A stretch of 64,000 bases of DNA from a virus, in IMG/VR virus record IMGVR_UViG_3300028608_000007, positions 116,544-180,543 of that record; one strand, written 5' to 3'. The translations under genes and the position numbers were made by a program. Below, in pieces: positions 9,752 through 20,092 of the stretch (the first letter of the stretch is position 1; the number at the start of each line of letters is the position of its first letter). The notes beneath the pieces are model-generated. The model was given only the letters and a program-made list of their open reading frames with translations, had not been told where the DNA came from and ran no database searches.

Positions 9752-10261
9752 TTATTCGGCAACGAAGCCATGAGAGGCAACGTCACCGGTCAGCTCGCCG
9801 CGCAGGCTGCGGATCATCAGGTCGAACACCAGCGGTACTTCCTGACGCATGCCCAGAGGCCCGGACAGCGAGGTAGTGAGGATCAAGACACGATCACAAC
9901 CGTGGGCCACGATGCCGAAGTTCTCGTACAGGTACGGTTGACCGCCGTAGGCCGCTGGGCTTTGTTCCATGTACGACATGCCCATGTTCAGCATGCGGGG
10001 TTGTTGGAACGCCAGGACACGTTGATTGATTGCGTTGGCTTCTGGCCCGCTGACCTGATTGAAGGTGATCGGGTTCAGGATCAGAGAGAAGCCTTTGCCT
10101 TCTTTGATGTCGGCAGCGAACTCAGGGCTGAGCTTTGCAATGCCTTCGATCACGCTTTCCAGCGAAGTGATCAGGTAGCGTTTGTCGAAGAACTGACCGC
10201 ACACCAGGTTAGCGATTGGGAAGGTCTTGACGGGCTGTTTTTCTTGCTGTTCCATTTGCAT
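9752..10261 (-). CDS. Hypothetical protein (early island)
   Basis: 169 aa, SD GAGAG, phage-like codon use. Confidence 0.7.
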   Translation of the reverse strand: MQMEQQEKQPVKTFPIANLVCGQFFDKRYLITSLESVIEGIAKLSPEFAADIKEGKGFSLILNPITFNQVSGPEANAINQRVLAFQQPRMLNMGMSYMEQSPAAYGGQPYLYENFGIVAHGCDRVLILTTSLSGPLGMRQEVPLVFDLMIRSLRGELTGDVASHGFVAE

Positions 10262-10293
10262 ACTCTCTTGAGTTAAAGGTTTGACGGAGGGTG

Positions 10294-10602
10294 TTACTTA
10301 GCAGGGTGGTTCGGTGGAACGCCGATCTTGAAGGCACGGACCCACTTGCGAACCTTGAAGAACTGATACCAGCCCACAACGTAGTTGACGATGATCAGAG
10401 GGATCAACGCCATCATACCGAAGTAGCCAGCGAGGAACAGGAACAACGCTGTACCGGCCGTCATCTTGTAGCGGTCAGGACAGGTAGTGATGAGGAACTT
10501 GACAGCACGACTGTCGTTCTTCTTCTCGAACAGGTAGATTCCACGGAGGACGACGAAGAACCCGAAGACGAGAATGAAGTACATGAAGATAGTGAAGGCC
10601 AT
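10294..10602 (-). CDS. Small membrane protein (2-3 TM segments), first gene after an early promoter
   Basis: Hydrophobic stretches FTIFMYFILVFGFFVVL and ALFLFLAGYFGMMALIPLIIV; SD GGGAG. Confidence 0.75.
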   Translation of the reverse strand: MAFTIFMYFILVFGFFVVLRGIYLFEKKNDSRAVKFLITTCPDRYKMTAGTALFLFLAGYFGMMALIPLIIVNYVVGWYQFFKVRKWVRAFKIGVPPNHPAK

Positions 10603-10659
10603 AGTTAAAACTCCCTTGAGCTTTGAGATTAGAAGGTTTGGTACCAGTGTTACACCAGA

Positions 10660-10676
10660 GTAATATACATCTCAAA
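10660..10676 (-). promoter_or_regulatory. phiKZ-type early (virion RNAP) promoter
   Basis: Minus strand TTTGAGATGTATATTAC; contains the phiKZ early consensus TATATTAC. Confidence 0.8.
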
Positions 10677-10696
10677 TCTTTTTCATTCCAGTTACA

Positions 10697-10733
10697 GACG
10701 GCATAAAAGCCCGCCCCGAAGGACGGGCTTTTA
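10697..10733 (-). terminator. Intrinsic terminator after the inner-body gene
   Basis: Minus strand AAAAGCCCGTCC-TTCG-GGGCGGGCTTTT-ATGCCGTC. Confidence 0.85.
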
Positions 10734-10764
10734 CTCAGACGACTGAATCAGTCGACTTCAAGAA

Positions 10765-12072
10765 TTACTTCTTGGCGTCGTCTTTCTTCTTGTCATCTTT
10801 CTTTTCGCTCTTGCCAGCGGCAGCGATCGAACGCTCAACCAGGCTCAGAGCAGAGCGAACGGCGCTGAAGCCAGCGTTGTTCACTTGCAGCAGCGGACGG
10901 GTCAGGTCCTTGGTCGCTTTGCGCAGGCCGCGGTTAACGGTAGCGTTCGACCAGGCTTTGCCCAGCTTGCCTTGTTCGGCAGCGTTCACGAACTTCTCGG
11001 TGGTCTGAACAGCCTTCTCACGAGCGGCGTTCAGCTTGTCCATGTAGGAGCCCTTGGCCAGCAGGGTTTCTACGATGGTCGAGCAGTGACCCAGGATGTC
11101 GCGCAGGGTGTTCGGACCAGGGCAGTCGATCTCGGTGCCTTCGTTGATGGAAGGCTTCTTACGGTCCAGGGTCAGGGAGACCTTGGTCGCGTCGTCGCCA
11201 GCAGGACCTTCTTCCTTGCTGGTGGAGAAGAACCAGCCACCGGCAGCTTCTTTCGAACGACCGGACAGCTTCACGGCGACAGGCGAGAACATGCCTTCAG
11301 CGCTTTCGACTTCTTTGGTGATGGCCGATTCTTCCAGGGCAGCCTGGGTTTTCGGGTCAGCCAGAACAGCGCCGATGTGCTGGTAGTACTTCTCAGCAGC
11401 CGGAGCCAGCTCGCCCCAGGATTCCTGAACCAGTTCGCCCAGAACAGCCATGCCCTGAGAAACGCTGGAGCCGTCGACCTTGCCTTTGTAGGCAATGGCT
11501 TCGCCGCCGGAGACCTTGACTTTCTTGCCCTGGTAGTCGACCGCGTCGGCAGTCTTGCCTTTCAGAGCTTCGATGCGCGACTTCAGCTTCTTGGCGCCGC
11601 CGAAGATCTTGGCGAAGAAGTTCTTGACCGCAGCGATGGCCTTGGCCACGGCGTTCTTGATGGCCTGCCAGATCTTCTTGATGGTTTCCTTGATGCCTTC
11701 CATCGAGATGGTGGTGGCAGCGGCTTGGCCAGACTGGCCGCCGAAGGATTCCAGGGAAGGAGTAACGGCGCTGACTTTCAGGCCCAGGCGCTGGGTGTAG
11801 GAACCAACGGCGTGTTGCATGAACAGAGCAGCCTGAGGGTTCAGACCACCGTCTTGCATGGCGGCTTCCATCGAAACGTAGATGGACTCCAGGCCGTCGG
11901 AGATTTCTTCCAGCTCACCTTGGTCGTCGGAAGACTGCTCGCTCTCGGCGAAGGCTTCGGCGGTTTCGGCGATTTCTTGCTCAACGGTATCGTCCGGGCT
12001 CACGACCAGGTCGGTTTCGTTGACGGTGTCGTCTTCCATGGAGACGAACAGTTGACGCAGAGATTGAGACAT
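10765..12072 (-). CDS. Major internal head (inner-body/ejection) protein, phiKZ gp93-97 family
   Basis: Start at ATG 12072 (SD GGAG); acidic propeptide with VSMED, VSMEA, PSLES, ISMEG prohead-protease S-x-E sites followed by an amphipathic IKKIWQAIK helix; strong codon bias. Confidence 0.8.
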   Translation of the reverse strand: MSQSLRQLFVSMEDDTVNETDLVVSPDDTVEQEIAETAEAFAESEQSSDDQGELEEISDGLESIYVSMEAAMQDGGLNPQAALFMQHAVGSYTQRLGLKVSAVTPSLESFGGQSGQAAATTISMEGIKETIKKIWQAIKNAVAKAIAAVKNFFAKIFGGAKKLKSRIEALKGKTADAVDYQGKKVKVSGGEAIAYKGKVDGSSVSQGMAVLGELVQESWGELAPAAEKYYQHIGAVLADPKTQAALEESAITKEVESAEGMFSPVAVKLSGRSKEAAGGWFFSTSKEEGPAGDDATKVSLTLDRKKPSINEGTEIDCPGPNTLRDILGHCSTIVETLLAKGSYMDKLNAAREKAVQTTEKFVNAAEQGKLGKAWSNATVNRGLRKATKDLTRPLLQVNNAGFSAVRSALSLVERSIAAAGKSEKKDDKKKDDAKK

Positions 12073-12150
12073 GTGGAGTAACTCCGATAAACAATTGTTG
12101 ATGCGTAAATGCACACGTGCATAACATACATACATTTACACAGATTGGCT

Positions 12151-12720
12151 TTACACGAACTTCGCGTACAGGGCCCGGAGGTCAATAGGGTCGTCGCCCT
12201 TAGCCTTAGGATTGCGCCATTCACCAAACATGATGTACAGCGTAATCACCAAGTCGTTCAGACCTTCTGGATGGGAGATCCATTCGGAAACCACCTTGCT
12301 CGGGGCGGTTCCTACCTTTTGGTAGAACTCACGAATCTCCTTGCTGGCGTTACGCTCCCTATAATCATTACTGGGTTTAGGGTTCTCAGTCAGCAAGGCT
12401 AACCAGTTCTGAACAGACACCCGGCGACGACCCGTTTGGATGTACTTAAGGGTATCGAGCAGAAACTCATAATTATATCCGTACAGAAACGGATTGTTCT
12501 TCTGCGTATTGAGGAACAGAGCGAAGTTGTTGAAGCAACCCATCGCTACACGCAGGGCTCGTTTTTGGAACGTCCAACCATTGCGGTCGACAGTCCCTTC
12601 GATCAAGCTGGTGTACAGCGTGTTAACGTCAGCGCTACCGCTAACACGACTGATGTCCATACGATCAGAGGGAGCAATGAAACCGCGAGGGTAGAGGTCA
12701 CCCGATACGCGGCTAGTCAT
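12151..12720 (-). CDS. Virion head protein (phiKZ gp92-like position)
   Basis: Start at ATG 12720 coupled to the upstream stop; synteny. Confidence 0.55.
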   Translation of the reverse strand: MTSRVSGDLYPRGFIAPSDRMDISRVSGSADVNTLYTSLIEGTVDRNGWTFQKRALRVAMGCFNNFALFLNTQKNNPFLYGYNYEFLLDTLKYIQTGRRRVSVQNWLALLTENPKPSNDYRERNASKEIREFYQKVGTAPSKVVSEWISHPEGLNDLVITLYIMFGEWRNPKAKGDDPIDLRALYAKFV

Positions 12721-13603
12721 TGAAACCTTCCTCCATCTCAGCAAGCTTCTTGTTCAGCTTTTGCAGACGACCTTCCGTATAGACGATCTCCTGCTCGATC
12801 TTCGCATCTTTGCTGCCGTCTTTCAGAACGAGCAAGCGGTACTCGAGAGCACGCTTCTCTTCTACAGCAGCCTTGTAGCGGTTGACCTGCCACTCAGCGA
12901 TAGCCATGCGGACATAGTAGATCGGGTTCAGGCGAACCGGGATGATGCCGAAGTGGAACGGATCGGTCTTGGTAGCGCCAACGGTGGCTTCTACGGTCGA
13001 TACGTCGTCCGGTGCTACAACCATATCAGGAATGGCTTGGAACGAGCTTTCCATGCGACGTACGTCGATGGAGAGGATGCTGAGGCAGTACGCGTAGTTG
13101 TCGCGGTTGTCCCAGATCCAACGCTCTTCAGCACGGGACATGGCTTTCGGTACTCGGAACGGACCGTCTTCCGATTGCTCTTCGGACAGAGTCCACAGCA
13201 ACAGACGACGAGCATAACGAGAAGCGAAGGACGCCACTTCCAGATACTGGAGGATGTTCGCACGCAAGAAGCTGATGCTGGTCGAACCCACGTCTTTAGC
13301 AAACGCACGGTCGATCAGTTTGCCCAACACTTCGATCTTGTCGTCCATGTTCGACAGGACTTGGTAGGACGCTACGATGTAGTTGCCACCAGCCTTTTCG
13401 ATCTTGGCGATCTTGAGGAAGTTCTTGTCGTAGTTCTGGGTTTGCTTACCCTTGAACTTGGAGTTGCGGTAGAACTCGGAAGCTTCACGCAGCGGAGGCA
13501 GAGTGAGTTCTTTGAGTTCGTTCTTGACGACCGCCAGCTCTTCGATCAGACGACCCTTCTCGAAGGTCGGCAACATCAGAGCGAGAAACTTTTGTAACTT
13601 CAT
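12713..13603 (-). CDS. Virion head/inner-body protein (phiKZ gp90-like)
   Basis: 296 aa, C-terminal coiled coil; synteny. Confidence 0.6.
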   Translation of the reverse strand: MKLQKFLALMLPTFEKGRLIEELAVVKNELKELTLPPLREASEFYRNSKFKGKQTQNYDKNFLKIAKIEKAGGNYIVASYQVLSNMDDKIEVLGKLIDRAFAKDVGSTSISFLRANILQYLEVASFASRYARRLLLWTLSEEQSEDGPFRVPKAMSRAEERWIWDNRDNYAYCLSILSIDVRRMESSFQAIPDMVVAPDDVSTVEATVGATKTDPFHFGIIPVRLNPIYYVRMAIAEWQVNRYKAAVEEKRALEYRLLVLKDGSKDAKIEQEIVYTEGRLQKLNKKLAEMEEGFND

Positions 13604-13615
13604 GGTGACCTCGAG

Positions 13616-14749
13616 TTAGATGGCGGGGCTGTTGCCCAGTTGGTAAGCCTTCAGGATCTCGGCTACGTCTGGACCTTTGCCTTTGTTGGAGACAGCCAGT
13701 TCTTTTACCGACATCTCGGTTGGGATAGCAATCGAGCGGTGGTAGAAGGTGACGTGTTCCCACTCAGGATCGACCACGCAGAGGATCATGCAGTAGGTCT
13801 CACGGAAGAGCTTCTCACGAACGCGGAAGTCCTTCAGACGACCACCGACCTGGCGCTCGATGTCTTTCACCGCATTGGAGGAACACACGATGATGTTCGA
13901 TGCAGTGGCCACCGAAGGTTGACCAGAGAAGATGGCAGAGATGCTGTTACCCTTACGGCGCTTACGCAGCTCGTCGTACAGACCGGTTGGGTCTTTGGCC
14001 AGGGTTTTCTTGTGAGCATCGATCAGGTCTTGGCACAGCAGCAGGTCGCGAACGAACTCCAGTTGACCTGCACGCCAAGCGTGGAAGCGTTCCTTGACGG
14101 AGATGTTCTTGCTGCCGACGCTTAAGATATGAACCAGCTCCTTGGTCCCGATGCCGCTGCAAATGAGGCGGACGTTGATCGGGAAGGTAGCTTTGTTACC
14201 CTCGGACTCGATGTTCACTTCGAGCATCTTGCCGACAGACAGGTTGGTCAGCTCACCCAGCATCGAGACAGTGTCACGACCGTTGGTGAGGGTTGGCGGA
14301 TTGCCTTCCGGGATCACGTCGTCGATGTCTTCAAGACTCACGTTGAGGTTTTGCAGACCGTCACGACCGCCAGGAACCGGCAGAGCAAAACGATACGAAC
14401 GCGCATCTTCCAGGCTGACCATGGTGGCGACACCGTTGGAGACGCCATTGATCAGGTTGTCAGTCGCGTTGCGCTTGGGGTTCAGCTTGTCCAGCAGGCG
14501 GATCACATCCACGCTACCAACGTTTACCGACAGCGCGATCGCTTGCAGGTAGTAGCCACTGAACAGCGAGGTCAGAGACTGCATGATGTCGTTGGCATAG
14601 GGCAGACGAATGAGCGATTCGTCCATCAGGACGATCGGCTCCACGCGAGTAGGTTGGGTGTATTCGATCAACGAACCAGCCTTCGCGGCCCGCATCGTGT
14701 CCGTCAATTTACTGGCCATATTAAGGCCAGTCACAATGTCATTCATCAT
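13616..14749 (-). CDS. Virion head/inner-body protein (phiKZ gp89-like)
   Basis: 377 aa with VSLED sites; synteny. Confidence 0.6.
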   Translation of the reverse strand: MMNDIVTGLNMASKLTDTMRAAKAGSLIEYTQPTRVEPIVLMDESLIRLPYANDIMQSLTSLFSGYYLQAIALSVNVGSVDVIRLLDKLNPKRNATDNLINGVSNGVATMVSLEDARSYRFALPVPGGRDGLQNLNVSLEDIDDVIPEGNPPTLTNGRDTVSMLGELTNLSVGKMLEVNIESEGNKATFPINVRLICSGIGTKELVHILSVGSKNISVKERFHAWRAGQLEFVRDLLLCQDLIDAHKKTLAKDPTGLYDELRKRRKGNSISAIFSGQPSVATASNIIVCSSNAVKDIERQVGGRLKDFRVREKLFRETYCMILCVVDPEWEHVTFYHRSIAIPTEMSVKELAVSNKGKGPDVAEILKAYQLGNSPAI

Positions 14750-14775
14750 TACTGATAATCCCTCGAAGGTGACTA

Positions 14776-15906
14776 ATGGCTAAAACTATCAAAGATGTGT
14801 TGAGCATCATTCAAAAGGCAGGTGGGCTAGGTGATCTTTCGCAGGCCGCGATCAATAACCTTAAAGGCATCAACCACCGAGGTTTCGGAAACCCGTTACC
14901 AGTCAACAAAGATAACCAGGGCTTGACGTTCTTCACACGCCCTAACCTGAACTTATCATACGATAATATTGCAGCTAAGCGAATTCTGACCCCTTTGCTC
15001 GACGGCGACGGTCCAGCCATGAATACGTACCAGCGTGCGATCCGTATGACGCTCGATCCTTACCTCGGAGATCCGGCAGCTTTTAAGATGGGAGACCCTC
15101 GTCGTGGGGCCCAAATGATGACTTGTGACCTGATTGATCAGAAGCAAGCTTTCATTCCGATCTTGACGAACTGCCTGATTTCGTTAGGGGGTTGGCCTGA
15201 CCTTTCGGTTGAGACTTTCCGTTCGACGCCCGGTAACTACGGTGAGTCGTGGGCTATGGTGGACAGTAGCTCTCGCTTCTATGAAACGTACGAATTGAAC
15301 GCGGCGTTTAAGAGTCTCGAGGGTGACCCAATCTCCACGATCTTCTCGACTTGGCTACACTATATGTCGGGGGTTTACGAGGGGTCGATGGTTCCTTACC
15401 CGAACAACCTCGTGGAGCGACGCATTGACTACCAGACTCGGATCTATCGAATCCTTCTCGATTCCAGTCGTCGGTACGTCCAAAAGATCGCAGCCTGTGG
15501 TGCCGCCTTCCCTGTCAACTCTCCACTGGGCAACGCGTTCAACTTCACGAACGAGGGTGTCTATAACCAAGACAACGATCAAATCCAGATCCGCTTCGTA
15601 GCGATGGGTGCCGACTACAACGACCCTATCACCATTCAAGAGTTCAACGCTGTAGTGCAGATCTTCAACCCGGAGATGAAAGGTGACGATAACGATCGTT
15701 CCCGCTACTACCGCAAACTCGATGGCATTGATGAGATGAAAGCCTACAACTATAACGGCTATCCTCGCATTGATCCTGAATCGATGGAACTCACGTGGTG
15801 GGTACCGATTGACAACAGCTCGGTGAGCGTTGCTGTCGCGACTCCTTCTGCGGGTGTGGACCTCTCCCCGATCACTGACCTCCTCAAGGGCACTGCTAAC
15901 ACATGA
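14776..15906 (+). CDS. Baseplate/tail-tube-initiator-like virion protein (phiKZ gp88-like)
   Basis: 376 aa; FFTRP.LNL motif; coupled to the large baseplate gene; synteny. Confidence 0.55.
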   Translation: MAKTIKDVLSIIQKAGGLGDLSQAAINNLKGINHRGFGNPLPVNKDNQGLTFFTRPNLNLSYDNIAAKRILTPLLDGDGPAMNTYQRAIRMTLDPYLGDPAAFKMGDPRRGAQMMTCDLIDQKQAFIPILTNCLISLGGWPDLSVETFRSTPGNYGESWAMVDSSSRFYETYELNAAFKSLEGDPISTIFSTWLHYMSGVYEGSMVPYPNNLVERRIDYQTRIYRILLDSSRRYVQKIAACGAAFPVNSPLGNAFNFTNEGVYNQDNDQIQIRFVAMGADYNDPITIQEFNAVVQIFNPEMKGDDNDRSRYYRKLDGIDEMKAYNYNGYPRIDPESMELTWWVPIDNSSVSVAVATPSAGVDLSPITDLLKGTANT

Positions 15907-18818
15907 CCACGACTACCGCTGAGTTAATGGCCGCGATTGACGCGGTTCGCTTTAACCCCTCTGCGATCCACCGCTTAGCCCTGAACATTCTCGAAGAGAC
16001 TCGCAACGGGGAGCGGGTGATTGTAGACCCCACCAACCCTTTCATGTTCCTGCTCGAATCCAGTGCGGTTAACGTAGCGGCTGCTATGGCTGCTAACGAA
16101 GCCAACCTGCGTAAACAGTACGGGAGCATGGCACTGACCGAGGAGGAGATCTATCTCCACATGTCCGACCGGGACTACCTCGACCGGTTTGCTAAACCTT
16201 CTCGCACCGAGATCGGTATTCTGCTGTCGCTGGATGAGATCTACCAGCGTGTAGTCCCTACGGGGTCCGGTGGGATGAAGAAGATGGTGATCCCTCGTAA
16301 CAGTGAGTTCACTGTGGCGGGTTACACCTTCACCATGCAGTACCCGATCGAACTGCGTGTGATGGCCAACAAAGGCTTGCAGGTAATCCACGACGTGTCA
16401 CGTCAGTCCCCACTGATGTCGTTGACCTCGAACGTGGCAAAGACTGTACTGATGAACATCGACGGTCAAAAGTACCTGCTGATCTATGCGCCTGTGATTC
16501 AGGTCAAGATCGACGTTCAGTATCCCAAGCTGGTCTCGGCTACAGCGTTCCGCAAGCGTTACAACTTCGATAACCAGTTCTACTTCGCTCGTGTCTACAT
16601 GGCTAACGCAGCCGGTGAGTGGGTAGAGATGGCGACCACCCACACTGATCAGGTCTATGACCCGATGACGCCCACTGCGGTACTCAAGGTGTTGGAAGGC
16701 CAACTCGAAGTCAGCATCCCCATGATCTACCAATCTGCGGGTACGGTTGAGTCCGAACTGCGGCTGGAGATCTACACCACTGTAGGTCCACTGGATCTGA
16801 TCCTGAACAACTACGAGCCAGGTTCCTATACTGCTCGTTGGGTGGACTTGGACAATGATGACAACGGTGTGTTCATTGCACCGCTGGCTCAGTTCAGTTC
16901 TGTGTCGGTGTTCTCTGACCGGGTGGTAACGGGTGGTAGTGAAGCGTTGTCGTTTGAAGCCCTGCGTGAGCGCGTGATCACCAACAGTCTGGGTTCCCAG
17001 CAACTGCCGATCACTAACCAACAACTGACCTCGACTCTGTCGAACCTTGGGTACAACTTGTCGACCAACATCGACTTGATCACCAACCGTCAGTTCTTGG
17101 CAACTCGTGTGTTACCTCCTCCGACGGATGGCTCGGTGATTGCTGGTGTGGCTTCCACCGTGGCTACGTACCAAGCTTCGTTCGATGACCTGAAGACCCA
17201 CGAGTACATTCGTGACAACGGTCTGCGGTTGACCATTACGCCAAAGGTATTGTTCCAAGGCTACAATGGTCAGTACGGTCTGGTCTCCAAGATGCGTACC
17301 GATGAGCTGCTGGCGATGCGTGGCTCTGATGCGTTCCTTCCCGAGCTGGAGCAGAACCGTTACCTGGCGTCTCCGTTCTACTACGTGTGGGACATTGACA
17401 ACGACATCTTTGACTGCCGCATGTATCACCTCGATGCACCGGAAGTTGAATCGAAAGTCTTTGTTCAAGAGAACGACACCACGGGTCTGATTGTTGCTAC
17501 CGATACCTTTGCCCTCGAGAAGATCGACGAAGGTTACCGTGTGGTGATCAAGACCAAGTCCAGTGAAGAGTGGAAGTTACTGCGTGACGATCAAGTCTAC
17601 GTTCAGTTGGCTTTCGTGGCTCAAGGTGAAACGGCTCGTGCGTACATTAACGGTACGCTGCTGGCGCGTGACGTCGATACCAACGAACGGATCTACGAGT
17701 TCAAGATCCTGACCAACTACGACGTGGATGAAGACCATGGTCTGATGATCAACAACTTCACCATCTTCGGTCAACTCCAGGACTGCCCAATCCCACTGGA
17801 AGGCAAGCTGGATATTCTGTACGTCGCGGCTGACTACAATTACCTCGACATGGTCTCCTCGGAGATTGACACGATCCTCGACAGCTCTTTGCTGCCTGAG
17901 AAATACATCGGGTTGATCCACGAGCAACTGAACGTCACCTTGGGTCACACCTTGGATGGCTTCTGGTTGAACAACCGTTCGGTAGTTTCGTCTATCGAGT
18001 ACATGACCTATCCGACCGACGTAATGGCAACCTATCAGGAAAACGTTTACGAACGTGATCCGGTAACGGGTGCTGTTAAGGTGGAGATGGGGGCTGACGG
18101 GAAGCCGAAGTTCACCCTCTTGCATGCCAAGGGGGATATCGTTCGTGACTCAACTGGCGAGGTGACTTACCAGTACCGTGCGGGTGATGTGATCATCGAT
18201 GCTCAAGGTAATCCGGTGCCAGCTAACCCTCGTGGGATGCTGCGTCAGACTGACCTGTTCCTGATGGATGGTCTGTACTACTTCGCTACCGAGGCGGCTT
18301 CTAAAGACTACGCTGCGAGTGTGCCTAACACTATCGTGTCGTGGTTGAAAGACGACATTGCCCCAATCTCGACTCGACTGTTGGAGCAGACGGAACTGTT
18401 CTTCCATCCTCAGATCACCACGGGTTACGCCAAAGCGTTGGTGATGGATAACTTCGAAATCGATCTTGACACTGAACAGACTCTGACGGTTCGCTACTAC
18501 TTGTCTGAGACTGGTTACAAGAACGCTGAGCTGCGTAAGAGCCTCGAGAGCACTGCTATTGAAGTGATTCACGAAGCCTTTGCGTCTGCCCGTGTGAGCA
18601 GCAAGGACATCGCTGATCGCATCGAGCTGGCTGCTGGCGACGACGTTCACACAGTGTCGGTGACTGGTTTGGGTGGTGGAACTCCAGGTTACGACATCGT
18701 GTCGCTGCGAGACGAATCTGCACGCTTTGGGATTCGTAAGAAACTGGTAGCATTGGCTGATGGCACTTACGCGGTGGAAGACTCCGTGGAAGTATTATTC
18801 ATCCAACACGGTAACTAA
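15903..18818 (+). CDS. Large baseplate wedge protein (phiKZ gp87-like, T4 gp6-like)
   Basis: 971 aa; GGSEALSFEALRERVI resembles the baseplate J/gp6 GG.D.ES...LR motif; synteny. Confidence 0.6.
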   Translation: MTTTTAELMAAIDAVRFNPSAIHRLALNILEETRNGERVIVDPTNPFMFLLESSAVNVAAAMAANEANLRKQYGSMALTEEEIYLHMSDRDYLDRFAKPSRTEIGILLSLDEIYQRVVPTGSGGMKKMVIPRNSEFTVAGYTFTMQYPIELRVMANKGLQVIHDVSRQSPLMSLTSNVAKTVLMNIDGQKYLLIYAPVIQVKIDVQYPKLVSATAFRKRYNFDNQFYFARVYMANAAGEWVEMATTHTDQVYDPMTPTAVLKVLEGQLEVSIPMIYQSAGTVESELRLEIYTTVGPLDLILNNYEPGSYTARWVDLDNDDNGVFIAPLAQFSSVSVFSDRVVTGGSEALSFEALRERVITNSLGSQQLPITNQQLTSTLSNLGYNLSTNIDLITNRQFLATRVLPPPTDGSVIAGVASTVATYQASFDDLKTHEYIRDNGLRLTITPKVLFQGYNGQYGLVSKMRTDELLAMRGSDAFLPELEQNRYLASPFYYVWDIDNDIFDCRMYHLDAPEVESKVFVQENDTTGLIVATDTFALEKIDEGYRVVIKTKSSEEWKLLRDDQVYVQLAFVAQGETARAYINGTLLARDVDTNERIYEFKILTNYDVDEDHGLMINNFTIFGQLQDCPIPLEGKLDILYVAADYNYLDMVSSEIDTILDSSLLPEKYIGLIHEQLNVTLGHTLDGFWLNNRSVVSSIEYMTYPTDVMATYQENVYERDPVTGAVKVEMGADGKPKFTLLHAKGDIVRDSTGEVTYQYRAGDVIIDAQGNPVPANPRGMLRQTDLFLMDGLYYFATEAASKDYAASVPNTIVSWLKDDIAPISTRLLEQTELFFHPQITTGYAKALVMDNFEIDLDTEQTLTVRYYLSETGYKNAELRKSLESTAIEVIHEAFASARVSSKDIADRIELAAGDDVHTVSVTGLGGGTPGYDIVSLRDESARFGIRKKLVALADGTYAVEDSVEVLFIQHGN

Positions 18819-18856
18819 CGGCATAGAGGGAGGGCGCAGGCCCTCCCCTTATGCTG
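18819..18856. terminator. Bidirectional intrinsic terminator
   Basis: GGCATA-GAGGGAGGGC-GCAG-GCCCTCCCCT-TATGC. Confidence 0.8.
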
Positions 18857-20092
18857 TCACTTCTTCTTGGACTTGTTGTAGTCGCGCAGCTTCTGCTTAG
18901 CGTCTTCATCGTCCGAGCTGGTGATTGCAGCCACCATTGCGGTGTGACCACCGTTTGCAGCGCGCTTGCTGAGTTCCACGAAGTGGTTACGCATGCGTTC
19001 GCACTTGGCCAACATGGCGTCGTACTTCTGCACCACGTCGATCATCTTGCGCATGGAAGTCAAGCAGCTACGCAGAGCACGGTCAACGTCAGTACCCACT
19101 TTCGGGTTGAACGAAGACTTCTCGAGACGGTTCACTTCGGTGAGCAGACCTTCGAGTTGCCCCGGTTGCTTGATCTTACGCAGCGGACACTTCTCAACCG
19201 AGTAGCCTTCCAGCTCAGCAACTACTTTGTCACCGTTGAAGGTGTTGGAGTAGGCTTGAGCGATGGTGGAGTTCAGGCTGTCGATGACTTCCCGCATGTC
19301 TTCTTGGTAATCGACTGGGTTGCTGGAGCAACGGTGGATCACTTGGAAGATGTTACGGATAGTTGGATCGGTGTCACGGATCTCGATATCGTTCAGAGTC
19401 GAGAGCACGCGGTTGATCGCCATCTCATCACCGGAGTTGTCCTTTTTGGACTCGGTGTTGATCAGAGAAGCCATCAACTTCATCTTGGTGACCAGCATCG
19501 CCATGGTGGAGTCAGCAGCCACCAAGCAACGAGTGATTGGGCCAACTGCCAGAATGTCACGCAGGACACCGTTGTACAGTTGAGCCATCTCATCGTAGAT
19601 TGGTTTGAGCTTCTCTGCCTTGCGCTCCTCGTAGTCACGACGGATGGGGAGAGAAACCATCTTCTCCAAGTCACGAGTGGACTTGATGGACTGGGTCATC
19701 TGTTCAGCCGACTTCTGGGCTTCCTTGGAAGCTTTGTCGTTGGCTTTGAACATACCGACCAACCAGAAGATCAGTTTGGTCACCAAGGCTACGAAAGCTG
19801 CCACAGCACCACCAATCAGAGCCGCCGTTGCACCACTCATCGACTCCATCGAAACGGAGTAGTTGGTGAGCGTGGGGTTCTTACTGAAACTGTTGAGTTT
19901 CAAGTGGGCAGGGAGCAGGTGCTGAACCGGCTGGATCATGGACAGGCTGACGCCTTGTTCACGACGCATGGCGTTGACGACCATGTCGATATCCAGAACC
20001 TTGGACTCCATCGACAGCATGATCTCCTCTTCATCGAGGGTATCGGGCTTTTCGTATTCGGGGAGACCGGTGGTAGTAGAGCTGAGGGTCAT
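18857..20092 (-). CDS. Internal head protein with processed propeptide (phiKZ gp86-like)
   Basis: LSMES and VSMES sites followed by a hydrophobic segment AALIGGAVAAFVALVTKLIFWLVGMF. Confidence 0.6.
   Translation of the reverse strand: MTLSSTTTGLPEYEKPDTLDEEEIMLSMESKVLDIDMVVNAMRREQGVSLSMIQPVQHLLPAHLKLNSFSKNPTLTNYSVSMESMSGATAALIGGAVAAFVALVTKLIFWLVGMFKANDKASKEAQKSAEQMTQSIKSTRDLEKMVSLPIRRDYEERKAEKLKPIYDEMAQLYNGVLRDILAVGPITRCLVAADSTMAMLVTKMKLMASLINTESKKDNSGDEMAINRVLSTLNDIEIRDTDPTIRNIFQVIHRCSSNPVDYQEDMREVIDSLNSTIAQAYSNTFNGDKVVAELEGYSVEKCPLRKIKQPGQLEGLLTEVNRLEKSSFNPKVGTDVDRALRSCLTSMRKMIDVVQKYDAMLAKCERMRNHFVELSKRAANGGHTAMVAAITSSDDEDAKQKLRDYNKSKKK

Noticed and set aside
9559-9876. N-terminal extension of 8056..9678 and small ORF 9679..9876
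   Set aside because: They overlap terminator and leader elements; ATG 9558 has a clear GGAGA SD
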